Source: a bacterium
GTDB lineage: Bacteria; Electryoneota; Electryoneia; Electryoneales; Electryoneaceae
Direction: 5' to 3'
Assembly (NCBI GenBank): GCA_963669175.1
Contig: OY769902.1
Span: 256,001-320,000, forward strand
Length of the DNA: 64,000 nucleotides
Part shown: in pieces, positions 31,869 to 42,500 of the stretch
Numbering within the stretch: position 1 is the stretch's first letter
How the letters are laid out: each line of letters opens with the position of its first letter
Translations under genes and position numbers: made by a program
The notes under the pieces: generated by a model
The model's database searches: none
Told to the model about the DNA's origin: nothing
The model's input: only the letters and a program-made list of their open reading frames with translations

Positions 31869-32281
31869 TACCCCGCTACCGCCAAGTATCCCAGCCCAAC
31901 CGCCACCAGCAGGCAAAGCGGACTGATAAGCATGGTGTCCATTTTGCCAAAAGAGGTGCTCCATTCTTTTTTCATGAACCCTTTCAAATCCCTGTCGCCC
32001 AGCGCACGCATGGCGAAAAACGCTGTCACCAGCCATATGCCTATCCGGTAAGGGGCTTCAGGCAAGCCAAGCGTTATTACCTGCATCCGGCCCAGGACAA
32101 CCAGGATTCCCACCAGCAATCCCGCTGCGACCAGGAAGCTGCGCCACCCTTTTACCGTAGCGGTTTTCTTGCCTTTAAATTCCGGGACAACTGCATTTGC
32201 TCCCCATGTTCCCCCGATTCCCCAGTAGACATGCAGAATCATCAAAAGGAACATGATAGCCGATATGATCCACACAAGCAT
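31868..32281 (-). CDS. DUF3995-like membrane protein
   Basis: LHVYWGIGGTWG...VP, F.MRALGD, F.KMDT.LISPLCL. Confidence 0.78.
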   Translation of the reverse strand: MLVWIISAIMFLLMILHVYWGIGGTWGANAVVPEFKGKKTATVKGWRSFLVAAGLLVGILVVLGRMQVITLGLPEAPYRIGIWLVTAFFAMRALGDRDLKGFMKKEWSTSFGKMDTMLISPLCLLVAVGLGYLAVAG

Positions 32282-32442
32282 GGCATCCTCGCAATTACTG
32301 TTCTGTGAAGGAAATATATAGAATAGACGCTTCTGAACCCAACAATCTTTTTGTCACTTTGAAGGTGGAAACGTGAGCAGGTGCTTGCTTGTCTTGCCCA
32401 TGGAATGTACTTTCACAGGCAGACAACAACTTGGGAGGAAGT

Positions 32443-32661
32443 ATGTGGATCGTTGACCTGGACAAGAAAGTAGTGCACGATATGGGCCGTCCCCAGTATG
32501 AGTGTCAGATTACAAAGATCCCGAAGGATCGCCGCAAGAAAATACATACCAAGGACGGTATGGAGCGTTTCCTCGAGGACCGGTTGAACAAAGAATACCA
32601 TGCGTGTCAGTATTGCATGCCGGACTATTTCACCTTTGACATGAGCAGCATTTTTAAATGA
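32443..32661 (+). CDS. Small putative Zn-binding protein
   Basis: RBS GGAGG; H...C...CxxC pattern (VVHD, YEC, YHACQYCMP); ATGA overlap with the next gene. Confidence 0.7.
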   Translation: MWIVDLDKKVVHDMGRPQYECQITKIPKDRRKKIHTKDGMERFLEDRLNKEYHACQYCMPDYFTFDMSSIFK

Positions 32662-33635
32662 AAAAACCTGTCAGAAAAACCAGCAAGTGGCGTGACGCTT
32701 TCTACCATGCAGTGCATGACCGTGATCATGGCGCGACTATTGTTACGATCACGGCTGCTGATGCGTTGAGTCGCAGCCTGTTGGAAGAAACACCTTCACG
32801 TCAGCAGTTGCAGGAAGCGCTATTGGATCTGGCGGCAGGACAGGTTGCCATGGCCCCGGTACTGCGTTTTTGCAGCGAAGTCTGGTACACTCTGCAGGAA
32901 AAAGGTGTCGCACAGGCGATTAACCACGCCAAACTGTGGCGCAATGATATTGAAGCAGCACAAAAGCAGTTTCTGTTAAAATTGCAACAACAGGCTCCTG
33001 AGGTTGGTTCGGGCAAGTCCTGGGCATTTTTCTCGCGTAGCTCCAATGTCATGGAAGGCCTTGGCACACTGATGCGTAATGGGTATGTTATCGGTGACGC
33101 GATCGTAGGCATTTCCCATCCCGGCGGCGAGGGTCTCAAAACAGCCCTTACCCTGAAACAATGCCGATGGCCGGTGACGCTGGTTCCAGATGCCCACCTT
33201 GCAGACCTGATCCTTCAGGGCCATGTTGAACGTCTGATTCTTGGGTGTGACGCCCTGGATTCAACCCGGTTTGTGAACAAGATTGGATCCGGGGCGTTGG
33301 CCGCCCTGGCGCATCAGGTCGGCGCCGAAGTTGAATTATGGACTACCGGACATAAAATGTTGCCTGGACATGGCGTGAACTGGCTTGACCTTGGCAGACA
33401 CCATGCGAGGAACCTCGATCCTGAACTGGAAAAGGTTCACCTGGAACAACCCCTGTTCGGATATGGCTACCTGGAACACGTCACCTGGGTACGTACGGAA
33501 ATGGGCCTGCTGGGACCGGCCGCAGTACAGGACCAGATCAGAGATTTACCCACGCTTCCGGAAGAGCTTCTGGCCGCACGTGACCGTACCAGGCGTATCA
33601 AACTTGATGGAATGACTGCGTTTACAGGCGCATGA
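32658..33635 (+). CDS. eIF-2B / ribose-1,5-bisphosphate isomerase-like (IF-2B family) protein
   Basis: DRDHGA, SRSSNV, SHPGGEG, VTLVPDA, ILGCDA, VNKIGS, HK, VRTEMG. Confidence 0.75.
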   Translation: MKKPVRKTSKWRDAFYHAVHDRDHGATIVTITAADALSRSLLEETPSRQQLQEALLDLAAGQVAMAPVLRFCSEVWYTLQEKGVAQAINHAKLWRNDIEAAQKQFLLKLQQQAPEVGSGKSWAFFSRSSNVMEGLGTLMRNGYVIGDAIVGISHPGGEGLKTALTLKQCRWPVTLVPDAHLADLILQGHVERLILGCDALDSTRFVNKIGSGALAALAHQVGAEVELWTTGHKMLPGHGVNWLDLGRHHARNLDPELEKVHLEQPLFGYGYLEHVTWVRTEMGLLGPAAVQDQIRDLPTLPEELLAARDRTRRIKLDGMTAFTGA

Positions 33636-34771
33636 GGAAAAGGAACAACCCTGACATGCCCCAATCCAACCATAAACCCTTGAAGATTCTCTACATCTCT
33701 CCCCAGCATGTATCCGGCACATTGTCGCTCTGGCAACAGGAACACAGACGACGGGGGAATGAATGCAGGTATATCACGCTTTTTCCCAGTGCGCTCGGTT
33801 TCGAGGAAGATATTTCCCTTAATTTACCCCTCTATCCCGACAAGAAATGGGTAGTAAAGGTCCGAAAAAAGCTTCAGCGATTGTCTCGCGGCAAACTGGC
33901 CGATGATACTCCCATCCTGGAAAAACCTCCCTATCGACGGTATGACACTTTTGTTGAAAAGTTCTTCTTTCAGATGCGGGACAATCATACCGCGCCTATC
34001 GTAAGGCATGCTATCCGGCGATACGACCTGGATTCGTTTGACATTATCCATCTCGACCAGGGAGCCGGTTTCCTGCGTGATGCACGGTTTCTGAAACGCT
34101 GGAAATTGATGGGAAAACATATCGTAGCGTTCTACCACGGATCCGATATGAGAAACCGTGGTATTTTCAGCAAAGTGGATGAACTGTGCGATTTACGTCT
34201 CACATGTGAAGTTGATCTGCTTCATATGGACGACAGGCTGCAATACCTCTTCCTGCCATTTGATACATCACAGTGGCAACCGGTCCATCATCAGCCCGGA
34301 AAGAAACTCAAGATTGTCCATGCCGCCCGTGTCAGAGCTTTCAAGGGTACGGATCGTATTATCGAGATCGTCAAACGTCTGGAAACAAAATATCCTGTTG
34401 AGCTGGTTCTCCTGGAAAACGTGCCCCATGAACAAGCCTTGAAAATCAAAGCCGAATGCGACATCGCCGTTGATCAGATTGCGGACACCGGTGGGTGGGG
34501 ATACGGGATGAGTAGCGTAGAATACCTCAGCATGGGCATACCCACATGTACCAGCATGGTAAAAGAGATGGTCGAGTTTATGCCTGATCATCCCTTTATC
34601 GCTGTAACAGGCGAAACCCTTGAACGTGAATTAATTAAACTCATAGAGAATCCTGTATTACGCGAAAAAACAGGCCAGAAAGGTAGAGAATGGGTCGTTC
34701 AACATCATGATATCAAATCTGTCGCAGATGCTCTCTATGCCTATTATAGAAAAAATAACTTTATTGAATAA
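33632..34771 (+). CDS. Glycosyltransferase (GT-B, family 4-like)
   Basis: FDIIH, YHGSDMR, IVHA...FKGT, CDIAVDQI...GYGMSSVEYLSMGIP, GREWV..HHD. Confidence 0.85.
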   Translation: MRKRNNPDMPQSNHKPLKILYISPQHVSGTLSLWQQEHRRRGNECRYITLFPSALGFEEDISLNLPLYPDKKWVVKVRKKLQRLSRGKLADDTPILEKPPYRRYDTFVEKFFFQMRDNHTAPIVRHAIRRYDLDSFDIIHLDQGAGFLRDARFLKRWKLMGKHIVAFYHGSDMRNRGIFSKVDELCDLRLTCEVDLLHMDDRLQYLFLPFDTSQWQPVHHQPGKKLKIVHAARVRAFKGTDRIIEIVKRLETKYPVELVLLENVPHEQALKIKAECDIAVDQIADTGGWGYGMSSVEYLSMGIPTCTSMVKEMVEFMPDHPFIAVTGETLERELIKLIENPVLREKTGQKGREWVVQHHDIKSVADALYAYYRKNNFIE

Positions 34772-35266
34772 GCGCATCGCCCAGCACATGTACAAGTAGA
34801 GCAAAATCATATCGCGCAAGACCTGCTACAACACTATCTCTGTGTACAACTTCTTGTGAGGAACCATATATATGAAGATGATTCTTTCGTCTCACCGTAA
34901 CACAGCAAGTATTCACTCCTGATTGACTCCCACGTCGTGAAGTATTGAAGTTGCCATAGTCTCAGGGAAGAATCCTGGAGATATTTGTTTGATTTTCAAA
35001 TATTTTTCAATGAATTACGGTTTACTTTGCATAACCACATTTATACATTCAGGTTACAGTAACAGCGAAAGTGACGGAAGATTTCAGGGCTGGTCAGACA
35101 TTGCGAAAATGCGCAAGCCACTTTGACATGGCTCCTTTCATCTTTGGTCTGAACTGAACTATACCTTCCCCTGGTAGAAACAATTTAAACAGGACACAAA
35201 GAAGTGTTCACTATAAAAGGCGGCATAGCGGAGATGCCGTAACACCTGCAAAGAGGAGGACTGAAG

Positions 35267-35641
35267 ATGGCTACTTTCTATTTCATCCCGAAAGACCTTA
35301 GCGCCATGGAGGCCCTGGGAGGTGAGACGAGCGCTGATGAATGGTATGAATCACGCTCAGGAAATCCAAGCGTCATCCAGGGGTGTGGAAAAGGCAATGC
35401 CGTTACGATCAGCTTTGCGACAAGTGGCACCTTGACCGATCCAGTCTTTGGCGCAGATATTGGTCTTGGAGTCAACGCGACCAATTTTAGCGCATCCCTG
35501 TTACTGGCCGGCATTAATGCTGGTTTCATGAAGGACGACAATCATGTCATTCTTGTGAAGGTGACAGGATCTGGAACAGAGAATTTTTACGCATCTATTA
35601 ACAACAACAACCTGAATTTTTGGCCACCGGCTACCGTGTAA
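35267..35641 (+). CDS. Hypothetical protein (monocistronic)
   Basis: Strong RBS GAGGAGG and its own terminator; no motif recognised. Confidence 0.7.
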   Translation: MATFYFIPKDLSAMEALGGETSADEWYESRSGNPSVIQGCGKGNAVTISFATSGTLTDPVFGADIGLGVNATNFSASLLLAGINAGFMKDDNHVILVKVTGSGTENFYASINNNNLNFWPPATV

Positions 35642-35665
35642 GATTTTTCCTGGACAGGATTCAAC

Positions 35666-35694
35666 GCTCCACCAACATGGTGGAGCTTTTTTTT
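35666..35694 (+). terminator. Intrinsic terminator
   Basis: GCTCCACCA-aca-TGGTGGAGC followed by T8. Confidence 0.85.
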
Positions 35695-35713
35695 CCCGAG
35701 TCTTCAGCCTTTA

Positions 35714-36184
35714 ACCCGAATATTTCATGAACGAAACATGGATAATCATCTTAACACAGTTCATATCAGCACAATACAACTGATTCATACAGCATTTTCA
35801 GGGTACAGTTTGGTCCGGTAGTCCTTTGCGTGTTTATTCCCTGTTTCGCTGGCAAAATGAGGCTGAGTATCGGCAACCGCCCCGGCAGGGGCAACCTGTA
35901 TTAGCCCAGGGCTGCCGCCGTCAGTTTGGCGGCTACCCTGGGAGATAAGGCGCACCCTATATTTACTCCGGAAGGAGTAACCTGATAATAATCACAAGTA
36001 TACGGCGATAATATCTAGGCAACCCGCTGCCGGGGTTGGCAAGTAGCGTACATCCTATTCCCACCGTGAGCGCCAAACAGACGGCGCTGGACGGTGGGCT
36101 AATACAGAGAACCACTGCCGTGGTTCTTGTACTGGCCGTTCCATCAAGTATCACATTGAAATTGCATTGGTGAAATATTCGGGC
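35714..36184. mobile_element. MITE family B, copy 2
   Basis: TIRs ACCCGAATATTTCA / TGAAATATTCGGGC, TA-flanked; inverted relative to 12276-12760; inserted between two convergent terminators. Confidence 0.8.
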
Positions 36185-36185
36185 T

Positions 36186-36216
36186 AAAAAAACCGGCCCT
36201 GCAATGCAGGGCCGGT
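36186..36216 (-). terminator. Intrinsic terminator of the TBDR locus
   Basis: ACCGGCCCTGCA-a-TGCAGGGCCGGT with an adjacent A-run. Confidence 0.85.
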
Positions 36217-36248
36217 CTCGTTCGCGTCTTTTTCTCCGGCTGGCTCCG

Positions 36249-38306
36249 TTACTTCAGGAGAATCATCCGGTTCGTCTGGGTAAAGCTTCCGGCTTCCAGG
36301 CGATAGAAATACACACCACTCGCCAGATCGGTCGCATCAAAGGTCACTGCATGCTGACCCTGGGTATGTCCCTGGAACAGGGTGGCAACTTCACGGCCTT
36401 CAACATTGAAGACCTTCAGCGTGACCATCTCGTTGTTCGGAACAGTGAAGCTGATCTGGGTTGAGGGGTTGAACGGGTTCGGGAAGTTCTGGCTCAGGGA
36501 ATAGTCGGTCGGTGTTGCCACGGCGCCATCTTCCTGGACACCTGTGTCAAATCCGTACCATTCCATGAGATTGTCCATCAGGGTTTCGAACTGTTCGTTG
36601 CCCCTGTAGTAGGTATACCAGGTTGTGTCTTCAAGAACTGAATCCAGTTCCACGGCCCAGTAGAAGTCGAAGAGGAAGCAGGCGGTTTTGTTGTCACCAT
36701 CTTTGTAGACAGCGGCAACATCACCGATGTTTTCACCTTCGAAGAAGCCTGTCGCTCCACCGGCCGGTGTGGCAAAGTCGGTCCAGAGACCGTCCAGGTT
36801 GCCATCAATTTCTGTCGGGAGCATGGCATACGGTGTGTTTACGAAATCACCGGAAAGCGCATCGCCGTCAATGCCGTAGAACGCAGAGTCTGTCGGAGAC
36901 GGGTCGTTGACACCTTCAGAAATGCCGAAGATGTCATAAGCAAAGTCGCCAGCGGAGAAGGTTGGTGCATCTTCTTCACCGTTGGTGTAGAAGTAGTCCT
37001 GGTCGCAATACAGCAGGTTGTTTCCGGCAGTTTCCAGCCATGCTGAATACGGATCATCGCCATAATCGCGAGTCGGGACAGTGGTTGTGCCCCAGCCACC
37101 TACGATGACCAGATCCCAGCTACCACCCTCGACGGTATAGGAATCAAGACCCTTGTTGGCTGCAACATCCCACCACTCATAGCTGATCAGCCAGCGTTCT
37201 TCGAGGTAGGTGTAGAGTACATCCGGATCATCCAGACCATCATCAATCACGAGTACACCGGCATTGGGCATGCCAAGTTCAACGATTTCGAAGTTAAGTT
37301 GGTCATCAACATTGCTGTTGAAGCCAGCTTCGTCGTCTGTTGCTTCGATCCAATACTGAACGACATCACCAACGCCGACACCGAGGTCGCCCAGACTGAA
37401 GGACGCCTGGAAAATCTCATCGCCATTGTCATCTGTCATGGCGATAGTTGTCGGATCACCACCATTAACCGTAACCTTCAGGTCGGCAGTGTCAGTTGTC
37501 CAGCCATTGTCATCCACAATGTCGCACTCGACCATACAGGTCTTGTCGGTGCTGATGGTATTCGGCAACTGGTTCATGCTGCCGATGATTGGCGGGGCGC
37601 CGTTCGGATAGGAGACCTGCGCACGGATCATCAGGTCGACAATCGTACCACTGAAGTCACTGGAATAGGATCCCCAGTAATTGTCGTAGTCTTCCATCCA
37701 GGGACCGCCGAACCAAGTGTAGGTGAATCCACGGGCAGAGACATCGTCCGCCAGGGGCTGGGGCAAACCATCATCCTGAGTCTTTACCCAACCGATACCG
37801 AACATGGAGTTGTCTTCACGCCAGATACCGCCACCAGGCAGATCGTCGGGACCAAACAGGTTTTCCCAGTCGCCACTACCTTCAGCCGTGTTGTTGTACG
37901 GTCCAAAGATGACAGCGCCAAGCGGTGATTCTGTTGACGTACCACGTGGCACTGCGCGACCATTGGCGCTTACGTTTTCTTCACATGCGTCGTTGTATTC
38001 CCACATGAAAGCGCGGTAGGAACCGCCGCTGTACCACTGCTGCTGGCCGAAATACACGGAGCAGGCTGCCAGGGGTTGGAATACAACAAGCATTGTGTCA
38101 TCCTGGCTGCCGGAGCCCAGGTAATATTCCGCATCGCTGGTATACCGGCGAAGAACGAACAGGTCATCCAGTTCATTCAGCTCACCGATGACCGGACCAC
38201 GATGAGTCGGGACTTTTACCGGTTCCAGCGGAACCAGCTCTGAGGCGAAGCTCATCCCCACCATCAGGCTTAATGCGAAGAACACAATCACTGCTTTTCG
38301 GAACAT
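36249..38306 (-). CDS. Secreted acidic protein with CTD sorting domain
   Basis: Signal peptide; C-terminal LSQNFPNPFNPST...LASGVYFYRL...RMILLK; Ig-like middle domain (VQYWIEATD). Confidence 0.85.
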   Translation of the reverse strand: MFRKAVIVFFALSLMVGMSFASELVPLEPVKVPTHRGPVIGELNELDDLFVLRRYTSDAEYYLGSGSQDDTMLVVFQPLAACSVYFGQQQWYSGGSYRAFMWEYNDACEENVSANGRAVPRGTSTESPLGAVIFGPYNNTAEGSGDWENLFGPDDLPGGGIWREDNSMFGIGWVKTQDDGLPQPLADDVSARGFTYTWFGGPWMEDYDNYWGSYSSDFSGTIVDLMIRAQVSYPNGAPPIIGSMNQLPNTISTDKTCMVECDIVDDNGWTTDTADLKVTVNGGDPTTIAMTDDNGDEIFQASFSLGDLGVGVGDVVQYWIEATDDEAGFNSNVDDQLNFEIVELGMPNAGVLVIDDGLDDPDVLYTYLEERWLISYEWWDVAANKGLDSYTVEGGSWDLVIVGGWGTTTVPTRDYGDDPYSAWLETAGNNLLYCDQDYFYTNGEEDAPTFSAGDFAYDIFGISEGVNDPSPTDSAFYGIDGDALSGDFVNTPYAMLPTEIDGNLDGLWTDFATPAGGATGFFEGENIGDVAAVYKDGDNKTACFLFDFYWAVELDSVLEDTTWYTYYRGNEQFETLMDNLMEWYGFDTGVQEDGAVATPTDYSLSQNFPNPFNPSTQISFTVPNNEMVTLKVFNVEGREVATLFQGHTQGQHAVTFDATDLASGVYFYRLEAGSFTQTNRMILLK

Positions 38307-38602
38307 ACTTCCTCCTTTGTTGTTACCCTAACAGGGTTACGTACTGCACTACTTTGGAACTCCCACCCTTCTTCTAGTGAACCAAACTACATGAATCGAT
38401 GAGTACTGAGCACAGCATCATCGTTCAGGACAAGGCGCATTTCTAAAGTCATAGCGGGTTATTTCAAAGAAATGAACGAAGTCATGAATCATGAGGCGCG
38501 CTCCCTTCGGGCTTTTCACGTGACGGCTGTCTGCTGCGTTGATTTCATTTGCAGTAACCCGCTACACCTGCATGAAATCGTCTTGCAGCCAACTCGCCCT
38601 TG

Positions 38603-38637
38603 AAAAGCAGAACACCTCGATTCATGGAGTTCTGTTC
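38603..38637 (-). terminator. Possible internal terminator after the TPR lipoprotein gene
   Basis: AAAAGCAGAAC...GTTCTG imperfect hairpin just past the stop. Confidence 0.4.
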
Positions 38638-38643
38638 ACTATG

Positions 38644-39549
38644 TTATAATCCCTCTATTGCGTCTCTTAACTCGATCAGGAACGCGCCGAAATTGGTCGC
38701 GTACATGTACTCAATGGTAAACTGTTGTCCCTGGGTTGGAATGGGCGCACAACGGAAAGAGATCTCGTTGTCACCCGGGACGAAATCCATGATCTCACAC
38801 TCTTCACCGGTTGTTGTCGAAACAGAAACAGGATAGACGAGGTTGGTGTTGGTTGAATGAAGGGTGGCAACACCGGTTAACCAGGTTTCTTCCTCAAGCA
38901 CAACCTCAACTGTATCCAGGTCTGTCTGGAGTGTGGTAGATCCCGAGATAAAGGAACCGGTGATCTCATCTACGATGAACATGGCAGAAGAGAACAGGTC
39001 GTCTGCATAATACGCTTCCGCCATGACCACCTTGATCTGCATGGCGTTATAGGTGCCTACCCAGCGATGGTTAAACGAAGGATCGTATTCAAGGCAGGTT
39101 TGCGCGTACAGGACTGCGTTTTCGTAGTCACCGGTAGCCAGTTCAGTAGCCGCCATCCCGGCATAGGCTTCCGCACACAGCGTAACCGAATCGCTGGCCG
39201 TTATCAGCAGCTCTTCCACCATAACGGTGCTGAGATTGATCACGTTGCTCAGGTTGTTGTAGGCATTGACCAGTTCGTTCTGCTGTGTGAAGGCGTATCC
39301 CATACCGAGATAGGCTTCCAGGTTCTTCGCATCTGCGTTGGCAGCTTCCGAGAAAATGCTGATCGCATCTTCGAAATCACCCGAGTTATACGAAGACCAC
39401 CCTTCGGATATCAGCCCGTCTACGGTTACCGGCGGACCTTCAGGGATATCATCGCTCTCATTGTCACAGCCAGTGAATGCAAGCAGTAAAACCAGCATGA
39501 TTAATACTGCCATCACCCGAATTGTTGTGTCTGGAATATGTCGCATCAT
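38644..39549 (-). CDS. TPR-repeat lipoprotein
   Basis: Lipobox FTG-C, TPR motifs (GWSSYNSGDFEDAI, EAYLGMGYA, EAYAGMA). Confidence 0.82.
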   Translation of the reverse strand: MMRHIPDTTIRVMAVLIMLVLLLAFTGCDNESDDIPEGPPVTVDGLISEGWSSYNSGDFEDAISIFSEAANADAKNLEAYLGMGYAFTQQNELVNAYNNLSNVINLSTVMVEELLITASDSVTLCAEAYAGMAATELATGDYENAVLYAQTCLEYDPSFNHRWVGTYNAMQIKVVMAEAYYADDLFSSAMFIVDEITGSFISGSTTLQTDLDTVEVVLEEETWLTGVATLHSTNTNLVYPVSVSTTTGEECEIMDFVPGDNEISFRCAPIPTQGQQFTIEYMYATNFGAFLIELRDAIEGL

Positions 39550-39563
39550 CTCCTCCAGTCCGT

Positions 39564-42500
39564 TTACTTCACCAGAACCATTTTCTTGACATCCTGGAAG
39601 CTGCCGGCATTCATCCGAACGAAATAGACTCCGGAAGAAAGCGGCGCTCCCTGCTCACTACGGCCATCCCAGAACACCCGGTGTGAACCGAAGCGCATGG
39701 GTTGATCCACCAGTGTAGCTACCTGGCGACCGAGCACATCATAGATGGTCAGGTTTACCTGGCCGGTGTGCGGTACCTGGAAGCCAATGGTCGTGGTGGG
39801 GTTAAACGGGTTGGGATAGTTTTGTTGCAACGCGTACTCTGTCGGAACCAGAAGGTCAGCCGGTGTGTCGCCAGGCGAACCGGCCATCACCTTGAAGGTT
39901 CCCAGTTTGCTGACCGGGACCGAGATCGTACCATGATCCCTGTCGATAGCGCCACCGACATATACCCACTCGTCATGGTAGAGCATGTATACGCCGACAG
40001 GCTGGGTTCCTGCCGTTTCAACATCGTATTGAATGGTCAACCAGGCCGGATCATGAAGTTCTGCATCATCCGCATCAATACGGAAGGTTTTGCTGACTGT
40101 TGTCCGCTGTTCGTCAAGGGGAAGTGTGCCGATCTTGGCAACCAGTGGCTCCGGGACTTCATCATCAAGCGTGATCACACTTGCCCAGACATTATGGTCA
40201 AATGCGGCAGCCGTTGTTCCGAGCTGAAGATGATCGCCCAGTTCGAGCCGTCCCGGCGCTCCGGACGGGAGCAGGTTCATGCCAACTTCAACAACCGGGG
40301 TGGAAATTGCTTCTCCATTGGACAGGTAGCCATCCACATGCCAGTACATTGTACTCTGTTCTGACATCCAGCCACTGGTTTTGTAAACCACGAACTTCAC
40401 AGAATCCGTAGAGGTCAGGTAGCTGACGGATGTAAAATTCTCGGCTTCACTGAAGATGGCCAGCGTGTCGCCACCATCCTCTTCACTGGTGGCATAGACG
40501 AACGGCACTTCCACACCGTTGGCGTCATAGATACGACGACCGGATACGACGTAGAAATCAAGTTTCAGGTCTGCAACGGGATTCTGCGCAACAAACAACC
40601 GGGCATATGCAGTGTTCCCCGTTTCGTTCGTCACCATGAAATCGCCGCCGCCAGCCGCGATAAGAACCCATGTGGGGAAGTTGGTGCTGTCGGCATAATC
40701 AGGCCCGAAGATCCAACCATCACCCGGACTCATCGGCACAGCGCCGCACTTCTTTTCATCATCCCAGTTGTCGCCGCTGAAGTCCTGCACCTGGTACATG
40801 TCACCAAGCGAGGCGTCCAATGCTGAGGCATACAGGTTCACTTTGCGGAACCTGATCGTTCCTGCGTCCTCACCGGCAAAGACGGTAAGGTTGTCAGTAG
40901 CGCCATCAACCAGGATATTCGGATCGTATTCACCGTAGGCGCTGAAATAGTAGCTGAAGCCCCAGTCCGGGCAGTCAGCGCTGTATGGGGGACGATCCTT
41001 GGCGCTACTTGGCTTCCATTTGAATTGTGTACCAAGCACACCGCCGCCGGCATTGACGTTGGTCAAAGCGTAAATGCGATTATCATCACCATACGTGGTA
41101 TCCAGCAGGTTTGCAGTCGCATAGTCAAGGAAGATGTCAATCATTTCCTTGCCCTGCAGGTATGACGGCAAGCTGCTTTGATGATCTGCAATCACAGTGC
41201 CGATACCCTCCATGCCAATTCTGCGGGAGGTGGCAATAGCGCTGATCATGTCATCGCCGCCATACTTTTCCCACAGGTAGAGCATGAAGCTATAGCAGAA
41301 CATGGCGTCCGCACGGCTGTTCTGGTCCGAACCGATAAAGGTCAGAACATTGTTGCCCGCGAGACGCTTGGCTTCGCCCTGGCCATAGAAATTGGGCGGG
41401 CTGTCCACAATGAACTCTGAGACATAAGCAAGCCCGACCTGAATCCACTGCTCTTCAAACTGATCCACCTTGTAAATCAGGTAGTTGGTGAACAGGTTGG
41501 CTATAGCACGTAAACCCCGATTGGCCATCGTGGTGTCCGCCAACTGCCATTCGCTGTCGTTGTCATACCACTTATAAGCCATTTCGCCATGGATATAACT
41601 CTGCGGATAGCAGTCAAGGACAACCAGTTCAGCTTCGTTGCTATAATCGTCGTCACTCCCGGGCAAATCATCCGGACGGAAATACCCATGTTTCCAGAAC
41701 TGGGCTTTCGAGTCGTTCCGTCCATCCATGCCGAAGTCGTCGTATACGTCTGTCAACAGGAAGCTGACCTTTTCGGACAACACACTTTCGTTTCCGCCTG
41801 CCATGATGTTGATCAGCTTCTGGTAGGCGCCCATTGTGCTGTCTTTGGGGATTGCATCTTCAAAATAACTCACACAGGCTTCAACTTCAGCGACTTTCAA
41901 CGGCGCAGTGTCCATGCCGGACTGGTTATAAAGCCATGCCGTATTATCCTGCGAATCGAACCGTTCCACGTTGTTGAAGTAAGGAATGGCGCGCCACATG
42001 AAATTGTCAGCATACCAGTAGGCATGATCTGAAATGGCACGAATTGACGCTTGAATCTTCCTGGTATCGGTCGGGAAAGTTTCCCAGGCCTTTACCCAGA
42101 AATTGCGCCCGTATCCCAGCAGGATCTGAGCGGATACCGTATCAGCCGTCAGCGTATCGTTATCCAGAACATCGGAATAAGCCAGTGAACTGACTCCATC
42201 CCAGTTCATCAGGAAACCGGCTTCCATTTCAGCTTCAAACGGGAACTTCAGGTCGTCATCCAGGTTGTTCAGCGCTTCACGATCCGCGCTGGATACGTAA
42301 ACCCACAACCTGTCATCATCACCGGTTATCGCGCTATCCGGGGTTGACAACGTGATCCCGGCCAGGGTCAACTTGGCGAAATCGACCAGCTCTTCCTGGA
42401 GGGAAGTAGTCGCCTCAAGCACGAGCTTGCTGTCGTAAAAATCATACCAGACATAAAGCGGGATTGGAGGTGTTGGATCTGCTGTGTAAGTAATCGGTAG

